This document shows, in pieces, positions 8,186 through 16,905 of a stretch of 43,409 nt of DNA. Each line of letters begins with the position of its first letter. Within the stretch, counting starts at the first letter, position 1. Position numbers and translations under genes: made by a program. The notes beneath the pieces were generated by a model. That model saw only the letters and a list, made by a program, of their open reading frames with translations, was not told the DNA's origin and did not search any database. Source of the stretch: Nitratifractor sp. (GTDB lineage: Bacteria > Campylobacterota > Campylobacteria > Campylobacterales > Sulfurovaceae); the NCBI GenBank assembly GCA_015488995.1, contig WFMQ01000062.1, positions 1 through 43,409 on the forward strand, read 5' to 3'.

Positions 8186-8273
8186 CTTTATTCTCTCAAT
8201 ATGATTTTACCCGAGAATGTGTTAAAATACGGTCACATATTCGGGCACTCGGCTGCCCACCCAAAGGAACCTT

Positions 8274-8744
8274 GTGAATCTCACCCACCTTGACGACCAG
8301 AACAAACCCAAGATGGTCGATGTCTCTGACAAAAACGCTACCGAGCGGATCGCCACGGCCAGCGGCATCATCGCCGTCACGCCTGAGGCGTATGAAGCAG
8401 TCGTGGCCAACACCGCCAAAAAAGGGCCGGTGCTTCAGACCGCCGTCATCGCCGCCATCCAGGGAGCCAAGCGCACGCCCGATCTCATCCCCATGTGCCA
8501 TCCCCTGATGCTCACCTCCGTCAAAACCGATGTCGAGGAGCTCCCCGATCTGCCGGGATTTCGCCTCACGGTCACTGCCAAACTGGTCGGCAAGACGGGC
8601 GTAGAGATGGAAGCCCTCACCGGGGTGAGTGTGGGGTTGCTGACCATCTATGATATGCTCAAAGCCATCGACAAAGGGATGGTGATCCAGCAGATCCAAC
8701 TCGAATCCAAAAGCGGAGGTAACAGCGGTGATTTTAGACGATAA
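8274..8744 (+). CDS. moaC: Cyclic pyranopterin monophosphate synthase MoaC
   Basis: 156 aa. LTHLD....[19 protein letters not shown] and GVEMEALT motifs. GTG start with SD AAAGGAA. Confidence 0.93.
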   Translation: MNLTHLDDQNKPKMVDVSDKNATERIATASGIIAVTPEAYEAVVANTAKKGPVLQTAVIAAIQGAKRTPDLIPMCHPLMLTSVKTDVEELPDLPGFRLTVTAKLVGKTGVEMEALTGVSVGLLTIYDMLKAIDKGMVIQQIQLESKSGGNSGDFRR

Positions 8745-8997
8745 GACTCAGGAAAAACCCCAGATAGAGTACCCTACCCAATGGGGATTTAAGCTCATCG
8801 GACGTGACCAAGAGGCGTTGCATGCAGCCATCAAGGACGTGATGGGGGACAAAGAGCACCTCTGCCACCTTGGCAACACATCCAAAACCGGTAAGTTTCA
8901 CAGCTACAATGCCAGTTGCGTCGTCGCTCACGAAGAGGAGCGCGATCGGATCTTCAAGGCCTTCCAAGATCACGACGATGTAGAGATGGTGATGTGA
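8728..8997 (+). CDS. DUF493 (YbeD/HP0495-like) family protein
   Basis: 89 aa. [13 protein letters not shown]... matches the YP..fp.KviG signature. Overlaps the moaC 3' end by 17 nt. Confidence 0.75.
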   Translation: MILDDKTQEKPQIEYPTQWGFKLIGRDQEALHAAIKDVMGDKEHLCHLGNTSKTGKFHSYNASCVVAHEEERDRIFKAFQDHDDVEMVM

Positions 8998-9173
8998 TGT
9001 GTTGATGGACCTGTCCGCCCAGACCCCCTGTAGCCTGTCTACACCCAAAAAGTGGAGGCAGATATAATCACGAAAAACGACATAAGGGGTGTGGGGCTGA
9101 GTACCATGCGTGGAGAGTGCGCACAGATGCCACCCAAAAGAAGGGGTGACCTGGATATGAAAAAAAGGGAGGT

Positions 9174-9908
9174 TTAGAAACTGTAGCTGATTCCTGCACG
9201 GATCACAGGATAGAAGTGGAGCTTTGTGACCGCACCGAGTGCATTGCTTGACGCAGTACTCAGGATGTCAAAGTCTTTGTCGTATACCACTTTCTGAGCA
9301 GCGGTAACGGTGCCTTTGTATGTGGGAGTCAGCACGACCTTGGGAGAATGATACATCAACCCCACATCCAGTGTGAAGCCCAGACCCGATTTGGAAGGGT
9401 TATTCCCCCATCCCAGCCCGATATAGGGACTAATTGGAGCAAAAGAGAGGTCGGCTTGTACCGAGGTAATGTCGGATGTAGAATAGCTCTTGCCATAGAG
9501 GGTCACAGACTTCGCTGCTCCAGTATACTTGACTTTGCTGCTGAGTTTATTACCATTAAAGTACAATCCACCTGTCAAACGGAATGATGTACTGGTCGGG
9601 TAATAATCGACCAATGCCCCTGCTGTCAGCAGTAACAAATCGTTGTTGGTAAAGGTGAAATCACCTGAGGTACGAGGTCCTGCATCCAGCCATTTAAATC
9701 CATTGATGTTGGCACGATAGGCGATGCTATCGCTCTGTCTGTGCGCAATGTCGATCCCCACACCGAGGGTACCCGATGAGAGGGCGACATTCCACTCGGT
9801 GACTGGCTCGACGGGAGAGTGTGCCTCGGTGACATTTTTGCCGGCGGAGAGGAGCGTACCGGCTCCGAGAAGCAATGCTACGGCTACACCTTTTATGTTT
9901 GTTTTCAT
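9174..9908 (-). CDS. Outer-membrane beta-barrel protein
   Basis: 244 aa. Signal peptide MKTNIKGVAVALLLGAGTLLSAG, alternating beta-strand pattern, C-terminal ...GISYSF with terminal Phe. Confidence 0.8.
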   Translation of the reverse strand: MKTNIKGVAVALLLGAGTLLSAGKNVTEAHSPVEPVTEWNVALSSGTLGVGIDIAHRQSDSIAYRANINGFKWLDAGPRTSGDFTFTNNDLLLLTAGALVDYYPTSTSFRLTGGLYFNGNKLSSKVKYTGAAKSVTLYGKSYSTSDITSVQADLSFAPISPYIGLGWGNNPSKSGLGFTLDVGLMYHSPKVVLTPTYKGTVTAAQKVVYDKDFDILSTASSNALGAVTKLHFYPVIRAGISYSF

Positions 9909-9926
9909 CTTTGTATCCTTTGCTGC

Positions 9927-10688
9927 TTACTTTTTTTCCGGCTTAGTATCGGTACCGACGATGCAGGAGGTGTTCCCCTCACTATCCTTATAATTCTCTT
10001 CGTGCCCTTTGATGTCATACACTTTACAATCCACCGTAAAGCTCCCGTCACCCTGAAGTGAGCTATCGTCACACGTCAAGACCTTCTCCGTTCCATAAAA
10101 AGAGACATTTTTGTACCCTTCACTGTCAGCAAGAGGATAGATGACCGGTGCACCACACAGGTCGGGATTGATGTTGTTGACGAGCAGGAGGTATCGAGTA
10201 TCTCCACTTTCAGGTTTCGCGACAACTGCTTCGACACTTTCGGCTTGACCAACATCAAATTTATCCGTCGCGATCAGGCACGCTTTGTCATCTCCGGCAT
10301 ACTCTTTGATTTTGTCACCGAGATCTTTGATCTTGTCTCCCGCATTTCTGGTGAAACAATTGCCATTGTCGCTTCGATTAATGAAGTCTGTGCAGTTGGC
10401 GTCTGCATTTGGATCGGATGCATACACGACGGTGTTGTTGCCCTCCAGCAATCCCATGTGATTGGCGGCACTCTGTACCGCGACATCGTTGCACCCCAGA
10501 TCATTCATGTTTTGCAAAATCACCAGATACTTTTTGGCCAATACTTCGCTTTTGGGCTGTTCGTTTATGATCCCCTGTATGGCCTGTTTCGCAGCGTCTT
10601 CTCCCGCCTTTTTCAGATCGTCTTGACTGCATCCTGCCAAGACGAGTATCGCAGCAGCTGAGAGCAATCCAATTGCATACCTTTTCAT
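9927..10688 (-). CDS. Cys-rich lipoprotein, unknown function
   Basis: 253 aa. Lipobox LLSAAAILVLAGC. Several further Cys in the mature part. Sits 18 nt upstream of the OMP gene, so probably an operon. Confidence 0.75.
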   Translation of the reverse strand: MKRYAIGLLSAAAILVLAGCSQDDLKKAGEDAAKQAIQGIINEQPKSEVLAKKYLVILQNMNDLGCNDVAVQSAANHMGLLEGNNTVVYASDPNADANCTDFINRSDNGNCFTRNAGDKIKDLGDKIKEYAGDDKACLIATDKFDVGQAESVEAVVAKPESGDTRYLLLVNNINPDLCGAPVIYPLADSEGYKNVSFYGTEKVLTCDDSSLQGDGSFTVDCKVYDIKGHEENYKDSEGNTSCIVGTDTKPEKK

Positions 10689-10781
10689 CTTTGTTCCTTC
10701 TGTTTACGTTCTGTTAATGATGAATTTTATTTTTTTTTCTCTTTATTTGTACTGAAAAATAGTCGAATTTTGCAAATAATG

Positions 10782-10790
10782 TGTTATAAT
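10782..10790 (+). promoter_or_regulatory. Extended -10 promoter element TGTTATAAT for lhgO
   Basis: TGnTATAAT preceded by a long A/T-rich tract, as is usual for Campylobacterota promoters. Its position argues against the TTG 10790 start and for ATG 10820. Confidence 0.5.
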
Positions 10791-10819
10791 TGAATATCAT
10801 AAAGGATATATTAGAAAAT

Positions 10820-12022
10820 ATGAAATATGAATACAGCGATTACCTCATTATCGGTGCAGGGATCATCGGGCTCAACATCGCCATTGCGCTCACAAAAAAG
10901 TACCCCGATGCCACCATTACTCTCCTTGACAAAGAGCTGGAAGTGGGACTTCACAGCAGCGGGCGCAACAGCGGGGTACTCCATGCCGGGTTTTACTATA
11001 CGACGGACTCCCTCAAAGCCCGCTTCACCCGGGAGGGCAATGCGGCGATGCGTGCCTTTTGCCACGCGCACAACCTTCCGATCAACGAAGCGGGCAAAGT
11101 GGTCGTCGCCACCAACGCCGAAGAGGATGCCACCCTCGAGACCCTCATGGAACGGGGACGCACCAACGGAGTGGAACTCTCATGGCTCACACAAGCAGAG
11201 CTCAAAGCACGCCACCCCGAAGCCGACACCTATCGTCGTGCCCTCTTCTCTCCCACCACCGCCACCGTCGATCCGGCGCAGGTAACCCAGACGTTTGCCC
11301 AGGTCGCCCGAGAGAGAGGGGTCACAATCCGCCTCGCCTGCGGCTACCAAAAACGCCTCGGAGACGATGCGATCGAGACGGCGTGCGGTGTGCTCCGCTT
11401 CAAGCATCTCATCAATGCCGCCGGACTTTATGCCGACCACATCGCGCACGATTTTGGCTGTGGGGAGCGGTACACCATCCTCCCCTTCAAGGGGATCTAT
11501 CTCAAAGACCCCACCAATCGCTCGGGACTCTCGACCAACATTTACCCTGTCCCCAATCTCGCCAATCCGTTTCTCGGCGTTCACTTTACCCTCGCCGTCG
11601 ATGGAGCGGCCAAAATCGGGCCGACGGCTATCCCCGCCTTTTGGCGGGAAAATTACCGAGGGATGGAGCGTTTCGATCTCCGAGAGCTAATGGAAGTGCT
11701 CGGCTGGGAAGCACGACTGTTCCTCGGCAATGACTTTGGCTTTCGCTCCCTGGCGATCGAAGAGGCACGCAAATACGCCCGATCCCACCTCCTCTCACTC
11801 GCACGCTCTCTCACCCCCACCCTCGATCTCACGCCCTATGACACGTGGAGTGCCCCCGGCATCCGTGCCCAGCTCCTCAACACCCGCACCCGTGAGCTGG
11901 TGCAGGATTTTGTCGTTGAGCATTCCGGCAACACCACACATATTCTTAATGCTGTTTCCCCGGCGTTTACCGCATCGATACCGTTTGCCAAATGGGTAGT
12001 CGAGGCACTGGATTACGCGTAG
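10820..12022 (+). CDS. lhgO: L-2-hydroxyglutarate oxidase / FAD-dependent oxidoreductase (LhgO family)
   Basis: MKYEYSDYLIIGAGIIGLNIA dinucleotide-binding fold, then SGRNSGVLHAGFYY. About 400 aa. The ORF track offers TTG at 10790 as an alternative start. Confidence 0.85.
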   Translation: MKYEYSDYLIIGAGIIGLNIAIALTKKYPDATITLLDKELEVGLHSSGRNSGVLHAGFYYTTDSLKARFTREGNAAMRAFCHAHNLPINEAGKVVVATNAEEDATLETLMERGRTNGVELSWLTQAELKARHPEADTYRRALFSPTTATVDPAQVTQTFAQVARERGVTIRLACGYQKRLGDDAIETACGVLRFKHLINAAGLYADHIAHDFGCGERYTILPFKGIYLKDPTNRSGLSTNIYPVPNLANPFLGVHFTLAVDGAAKIGPTAIPAFWRENYRGMERFDLRELMEVLGWEARLFLGNDFGFRSLAIEEARKYARSHLLSLARSLTPTLDLTPYDTWSAPGIRAQLLNTRTRELVQDFVVEHSGNTTHILNAVSPAFTASIPFAKWVVEALDYA

Positions 12023-12115
12023 GGTGTGCAATTGCACACCTTCTGACGGTTGTATTACAGGAACGATACAATAAATCGCGTTGCGATTTTGGTGTGCTGT
12101 TGCACACCCTACGCG
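12016..12115. repeat. REP doublet (REPIN-like), copy 1
   Basis: Arms CGCGTAGGGTGTGCAATTGCACACC (12016-12040) and GGTGTGCTGTTGCACACCCTACGCG (12091-12115) are inverted with 23/25 identity. The 50-bp spacer has its own hairpin. A homologous copy is at 21266-21365. Confidence 0.85.
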
Positions 12116-12122
12116 AGTCTTC

Positions 12123-14447
12123 CTACCGTCCGCACATCAACGCATACGGGCAATAGGTACACTGCGACAATGTCTCGGTCTTCTCCGCAACAAACGATCG
12201 GGTGGCTTTCAATGTCGAAAGATGCTCTTCAAGATACACCTCTTTCTCATCGAGGGCATTGGCTTCGTGAAACTTCCCGTCGGTCAGGATCGTCTGAAAT
12301 GCCAACAGGAGGGTGCCATAACGGGGGGCAAGAAGGTGGCGGTAGATGTTCATCTGAAAGTCGGTCACTCTCTCGAGGTTTTTGCTTCGATTTCCCTCCG
12401 CTATGCTTCCACTTTTGTAGTCGATTATGAGGGTGTGGGTGGGATCCTGATCGATCCGGTCGATCCGCCCTTTGAAGCGGAGACCGTGGATCGTACCGTC
12501 AAATTCCCGCTCCCGCTCCGCCACACGCCATCCGACACGGAAGTGGCTGATCTGCTGAGCGATGAAGGGTTCGAGTTTGTGCCGCCAGAGGACTTTGAGA
12601 TACGCGATCTTGGGCGTCTCATCCGGCAGGAGGGTATCCATGAGACGGTGGAGTTCTCGGCGCAGTGCTTCGGGCGTTTCGTAGTGATCCGCATGGCGGT
12701 AGAGGTGATCAAGGAGGGTGTGGAGAAACGCCCCTTCGTTCAATTCGGGGTCGGGCTTGGATTGGATCCCTCGGATGTATCGGTAGTAATAACGCCGCTT
12801 GCAACCTATCCACACGTTGAGCCGAGAAGCCGACCATGTTTGTACGGTGGGGTCGAAGGATGCCACCACGGGATCGGAGTCGGGGACGAGACGCACTGGC
12901 TGGTCGTACAGCAGCCCCAGCGGGGTCGGAGCGGGCTCGGTACTCTCGATCCCCAACTCGTAGAGAAACTTCGACGGCAGGCGATCATCGGCCGTGGCGT
13001 AGAGGATCACCGCTTCGCGTGCCTGAGACAGGAGGCGGTGATAGTAGTATTTCTGGAGGGCTTCACGGTCGGAGCGGGTGGGCAGATCGGCAAAAGCGCG
13101 TACTTGGGAGTTGAGAAACTGATCCTTGGCGGTGGTCGCGGGAACAATGCCGTCGTTGAAATCGACGATCACCACCCCATCGTATGCTACGCCGCGCGTC
13201 TCCAGCACCCCCATCACGGTAATCATCCCGCCCCGCAGGTCGTCGATCCGGATGGTGGAGAGCTTCTCCATCCACAGGGAGAGCCATCCTGACATCGGGA
13301 GACGCTCCTCGAGAAACAGCCGGAGCATCTCTTCGGTCGCTTCATTCACACGGGCGATCCGAAGCGGGTCGTTTTCGCCCAGCTCCAGTACCGAGAGGTG
13401 GTCAAAAAATTCTCCGATCGTCCCCCGACCCTCTTTGGAGATTTTCGCCCGCTTCTCCTCGGTGACACCGTACCGCTCCAGCCGTTCGGCAGTCTGGGCA
13501 TCGGGGAGTCTCCAGTGTGCAGACAGAGCGGAGAGGATTTTGTAGTTGCGGCCGTGCGCGTAGTCAAACCCCATGGCAAAGTTGAGGTTGTTGAGACGAT
13601 CGTAGAGTCGGAAGGATTCCTTGAAGCGCTCATCGGGCAAAATCAGGGCGATCCGCTCCGGAGCAATGCCACGTGCCACCATCCCCTCGATCTGTACCAT
13701 CGCCTCGGCAATCTGCTCGAAGCGTTCTGAGACGGCGTGAACGGAAGCCGAAACCGACGTGTGTTTGAGCGGAGCGTGATCATTGGTTTTGTGGGTCAAG
13801 CTGATCTCATTCTGCGCGTGAGGGGTAAGGGAGATCCCCCGTGCAGCCAATCGTGCCTCCATCTTGCCACTAAAGGGACTCGTGGTGTAGTGGAGGATCA
13901 CGTCGGTATGCTGTGCAACTTGATCCAATAATTCCAGCTCAAACCGACTCAACAGCCCCTCAAGGAAGATCTCGATCCGCCCAAACTGCGTGACAAACCC
14001 CTCGTTCAATCGATACTGTTCGGGGACAAACATCCGATCGGTCAAACCGCGTGCCTCCAAGAGCATACGGTACCGCTCTTTGAGCTGTGAGAGGATCGTC
14101 AGATGCTCTCCAAACTCCGCATACGCATCGGCCTCAGCCAATCGGTCAAGCCCAACGCCCTCCTGAGAGAGCTCTTCAAAAAATCGGAACAGCCCATCAC
14201 TCCGAGCGAGAAATTTCACCAACCCCCGATCGACCTTGAACACCTCAAATGCCTCAAAATCCGCCGCCTCTCTCAACAACAACACCCGCTGCAACGGATC
14301 GATCATCCCCCTGTCTCCGAGCATCACCGCCTGCTGCTCAAATGCATCCATCCGCATAAACGTCGGTACGAGGGTGTCACTGCTCTGCCATTGTAATTGT
14401 GCAGCACGGATAGCGCGGGAAGTGGGGTAGATGTGGAGTGTTTTCAT
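12123..14447 (-). CDS. addB: AddB-type helicase-nuclease subunit (PD-(D/E)XK nuclease family)
   Basis: 774 aa. C-terminal RecB-type nuclease motif GRIDRIDQ...LIIDYKSG and terminal Cys cluster CTYCPYALMCGR. Size and layout match Campylobacterota AddB. Confidence 0.8.
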   Translation of the reverse strand: MKTLHIYPTSRAIRAAQLQWQSSDTLVPTFMRMDAFEQQAVMLGDRGMIDPLQRVLLLREAADFEAFEVFKVDRGLVKFLARSDGLFRFFEELSQEGVGLDRLAEADAYAEFGEHLTILSQLKERYRMLLEARGLTDRMFVPEQYRLNEGFVTQFGRIEIFLEGLLSRFELELLDQVAQHTDVILHYTTSPFSGKMEARLAARGISLTPHAQNEISLTHKTNDHAPLKHTSVSASVHAVSERFEQIAEAMVQIEGMVARGIAPERIALILPDERFKESFRLYDRLNNLNFAMGFDYAHGRNYKILSALSAHWRLPDAQTAERLERYGVTEEKRAKISKEGRGTIGEFFDHLSVLELGENDPLRIARVNEATEEMLRLFLEERLPMSGWLSLWMEKLSTIRIDDLRGGMITVMGVLETRGVAYDGVVIVDFNDGIVPATTAKDQFLNSQVRAFADLPTRSDREALQKYYYHRLLSQAREAVILYATADDRLPSKFLYELGIESTEPAPTPLGLLYDQPVRLVPDSDPVVASFDPTVQTWSASRLNVWIGCKRRYYYRYIRGIQSKPDPELNEGAFLHTLLDHLYRHADHYETPEALRRELHRLMDTLLPDETPKIAYLKVLWRHKLEPFIAQQISHFRVGWRVAEREREFDGTIHGLRFKGRIDRIDQDPTHTLIIDYKSGSIAEGNRSKNLERVTDFQMNIYRHLLAPRYGTLLLAFQTILTDGKFHEANALDEKEVYLEEHLSTLKATRSFVAEKTETLSQCTYCPYALMCGR

Positions 14448-14515
14448 GGGGGTAGTATAGCGTGTTGGTGATTGGTAATTGGTTATTGGAAACGGGTAAC
14501 GTGTGAGGCAATTTT

Positions 14516-14540
14516 AGTGTATCCCTTTTGAAGGTACACT
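14516..14540 (-). terminator. Hairpin at the end of the R-M unit
   Basis: On the minus strand: AGTGTACCTT-CAAA-AGGGATACACT, about a 10-bp stem with one bulge, starting in the stop codon. No U-tract follows. Confidence 0.3.
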
Positions 14541-15310
14541 CAGCCACGCCTCCTATGAATCTCTATCCAATCCCGACGATAGCCAACACCTTCCAAAATC
14601 GTATCCCTATTGGCTTTCTCATGTTTTTTTATTTTGACGATTAGAAGGTCATCGGGAACATCTTCTAAAATAGTAAACTGCGCCCCGTGAGGCTGCCATG
14701 TAAATACATGTTTCCGTGTTGCCTTCTCATACCCCTCCAGGTTCCCACGATCATTCCAACCCCAGAAAAATAATTCTGGATCGTATCGGATTGTTTCAAA
14801 TTCAAACACGCCGACTTCTTCCAAATTCGGCTCTTTCAGTAGGACTACTGTTCGTAAATGGCTAAACTTTTCTCGTATTGCCGACACTCTTTCATTCCAG
14901 ATAGACACAACTTGTTCACCCACTTTATCGGGATCCACTTGGGCGACTTTATTTTCTCAAAAAGAGTAAACGATCGAATTCCTACCAGAGATTAGTCTAA
15001 CTTTTTTTGCTCGTGATGGATTATTATTTTTTACCGTTTTTGCACTAAAGGCCATATTACCTAAAACCACATCATCCAAGCCCACATCTGACGGCTTCCA
15101 TTCTGCTTCTATGCACCTTGCAAAAATCTGTTCCCACTCTTCACCTTCCAAAGTGGGCTTATTTTTTGTTGCATGGATATAGATAATTTCTTCTCCCAGT
15201 TGGTACCCAAAGCTATCGGGAAATCCATTTAGAGGATAAGGTGCTTTTACTTTCTCTACGGTTTTCAGTCTTGGTCTTTTATGCACAGTAAACCTTCTTG
15301 TTTTTTTCAA
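14540..15310 (-). pseudogene. Type II restriction endonuclease gene interrupted by one in-frame TGA (14957-14959)
   Basis: ORFs 14957-15310 and 14540-14938 share a frame. Read-through gives ...IVYSF*ENKVAQVDPDKVGEQ... (about 256 codons). PD-(D/E)XK-like motif E..(n)..DDVVLGNMAFSAKTVK. Lies immediately 3' of, and overlapping, an m5C methyltransferase gene. AT-rich. Confidence 0.65.
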
Positions 15311-16274
15311 AATGATCTGTTATTATTTTGGTTTGGTTCCGTCTTTCGTCTCTTTTATCCTCGATTAAAAATGGTAGTAGGCTCTCAATAACGGCTTGAG
15401 CCACAGGAATAGGGAGGGAATTCCCTGCCTGTTTTCGTGATTGAGCATCTGAAACAACAATGCTAAAATCTTCGGGAAAGCCTTGAAGTCTCAGCATTTC
15501 TCTTGGTGTAAGCCTTCTCTCTCCGTTGACCAATAGGTAATTGTAGGAGGCACCCGCTCTTAGGGCACACGAGTATGGGTAGGAACTTATATTTCCGGAC
15601 TTATTTTCATGCCAGATTGAGGGAAAGTGTTCGGTGACATGCTTTGATTTTCTTTTTTGAACAATATGCTCAGAGGCGTAATATTTTTGGTCTACCTTTT
15701 TTTCAAGTATCTCTGACAAATTAAATGTTTTTTCAGATTTTTCCGGAAATTGATAGTCAACATCTTTGTAATAGCCCACGATAAAGACTCTTTCTCTTTT
15801 TTGTGGAAGCCCGAAATCCAATGCATTTAATACCTTTAAGTCAAAAAAGTATCCGAGATCATTTAATACATTCTTGATCTTAGCCATTGTTTTTCCACCA
15901 TCATGGTTCACAAGCATTTTTACGTTTTCAAGTACAAATGCTTTTGGTTTCTTCGCTGCCAAAATTCTTGCAATATCAAAAAACAACGTTCCTCGCGTAT
16001 CATCAAATCCCTTTTGGTGCCCGATAATGCTAAACGGTTGACAGGGGAATCCTGCCAACAAAATATCGTGTTTTGGGATTTCTTTTTCATCTATTTTTGT
16101 AATATCACCATAAGGGATTTCCTCGAAGTTTGCTTGATACGCTTTTTGAGCATACGTATCTATCTCTGAGGAAAAAACACATTCCGTTTTCACATTGTGT
16201 TTGCTTGCAGCCGCTTCTATAGCATACCTAAAACCACCAATTCCTGCAAACAAATCAACATATTGTATCGGCAT
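15279..16274 (-). CDS. DNA (cytosine-5)-methyltransferase
   Basis: 331 aa. Motif I DLFAGIGGF, motif IV GFPCQPFS, motif VI ENV, motif VIII QKRERVFIVG, motif X GNSLPIPV. Confidence 0.95.
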   Translation of the reverse strand: MPIQYVDLFAGIGGFRYAIEAAASKHNVKTECVFSSEIDTYAQKAYQANFEEIPYGDITKIDEKEIPKHDILLAGFPCQPFSIIGHQKGFDDTRGTLFFDIARILAAKKPKAFVLENVKMLVNHDGGKTMAKIKNVLNDLGYFFDLKVLNALDFGLPQKRERVFIVGYYKDVDYQFPEKSEKTFNLSEILEKKVDQKYYASEHIVQKRKSKHVTEHFPSIWHENKSGNISSYPYSCALRAGASYNYLLVNGERRLTPREMLRLQGFPEDFSIVVSDAQSRKQAGNSLPIPVAQAVIESLLPFLIEDKRDERRNQTKIITDHFEKNKKVYCA

Positions 16275-16306
16275 GCACTTTCCTTTTGATGAACCAAGAT
16301 AATTCG

Positions 16307-16315
16307 ATTATATCA
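16307..16315 (-). promoter_or_regulatory. Extended -10 (TGATATAAT on the minus strand) for the methyltransferase
   Basis: Minus strand reads ccctgaTGATATAATcgaatt...AAAGGAAAgtgcATG, which is TGnTATAAT about 35 nt upstream of the SD. Confidence 0.45.
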
Positions 16316-16356
16316 TCAGGGCGGTAAAAATCAAGAGACGGCATAAACAAAACTGT

Positions 16357-16905
16357 TTACGGCTTGAGAAACGCTTCCTGATTCAAAAAGCCAATGGCAT
16401 CTCCGATTTGGGTACGCAGTTTCAGAAGATAGCGCCCTGGATTTTTAAGCGTCACTCTGGGTGTGGAGTATGTCCCGTTATCCCCTTTGAGATTTTGGAA
16501 GGTCTGATCCTCGGCTCCTGTTTGAGGTCGGGTAACCAGCAACGTCACATTGGCATCGTCGATGGCTTGACCACTGAGGTCGGTAATGCGATAGCGCATC
16601 ACCATTCCCGAAGTCAGGGCAACCACTTTTCCGTGTTTGATCTCATAATCTTTTGGCTTGAACGAAGAGGGGTTGAAACCGACTGGCTTCAGCACGTATC
16701 GGGCATCAAAACGCTGCTGTGCCTCGAGGATTTTGTTGATATTGTTATCGGCATCCTGATACTTCTTCTGATACGCATCGGACTCGTGTACCGGCATGGA
16801 GATCGCCGAGCGTACCGTCCAGAAACCAAGAAACAGCCCAATAAAGATAAAACCAAGTATTAAATAAGGCCAATACTTTCCACTACCATCATTTTTGTTT
16901 GCCAT
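16357..16905 (-). CDS. FixH/CcoH-like protein (cbb3 oxidase maturation)
   Basis: 182 aa. Single N-terminal TM (YWPYLILGFIFIGLFLGFWTV) followed by a beta-rich periplasmic domain. Located at the distal end of the cco cluster. Confidence 0.7.
   Translation of the reverse strand: MANKNDGSGKYWPYLILGFIFIGLFLGFWTVRSAISMPVHESDAYQKKYQDADNNINKILEAQQRFDARYVLKPVGFNPSSFKPKDYEIKHGKVVALTSGMVMRYRITDLSGQAIDDANVTLLVTRPQTGAEDQTFQNLKGDNGTYSTPRVTLKNPGRYLLKLRTQIGDAIGFLNQEAFLKP

Noticed and set aside
8140-8273. Canonical Moco riboswitch upstream of moaC
   Set aside because: The likely promoter (-35 TTGACG at 8173-8178) leaves only about a 60-nt leader, much shorter than the multi-stem Moco motif. My match rests on a remembered 3' consensus only. 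It is kept as a generic structured-leader finding pending a cmsearch.
9080-9173. Hairpin GCCACCC-aaaagaag-GGGTGAC between the DUF493 and OMP genes as a bidirectional terminator
   Set aside because: No U-tract on either strand and a modest stem. It is plausible but not supportable from sequence alone.
14957-14959. In-frame TGA in the endonuclease gene as a selenocysteine codon, given that selA and selB are in the same window
   Set aside because: A weak stem (CGCCCA...UGGGUG) exists downstream, but it does not resemble a bacterial SECIS with the proper spacing and apical loop. No selenoprotein restriction enzyme is known. The gene is in foreign AT-rich DNA. A nonsense mutation is the simplest reading.
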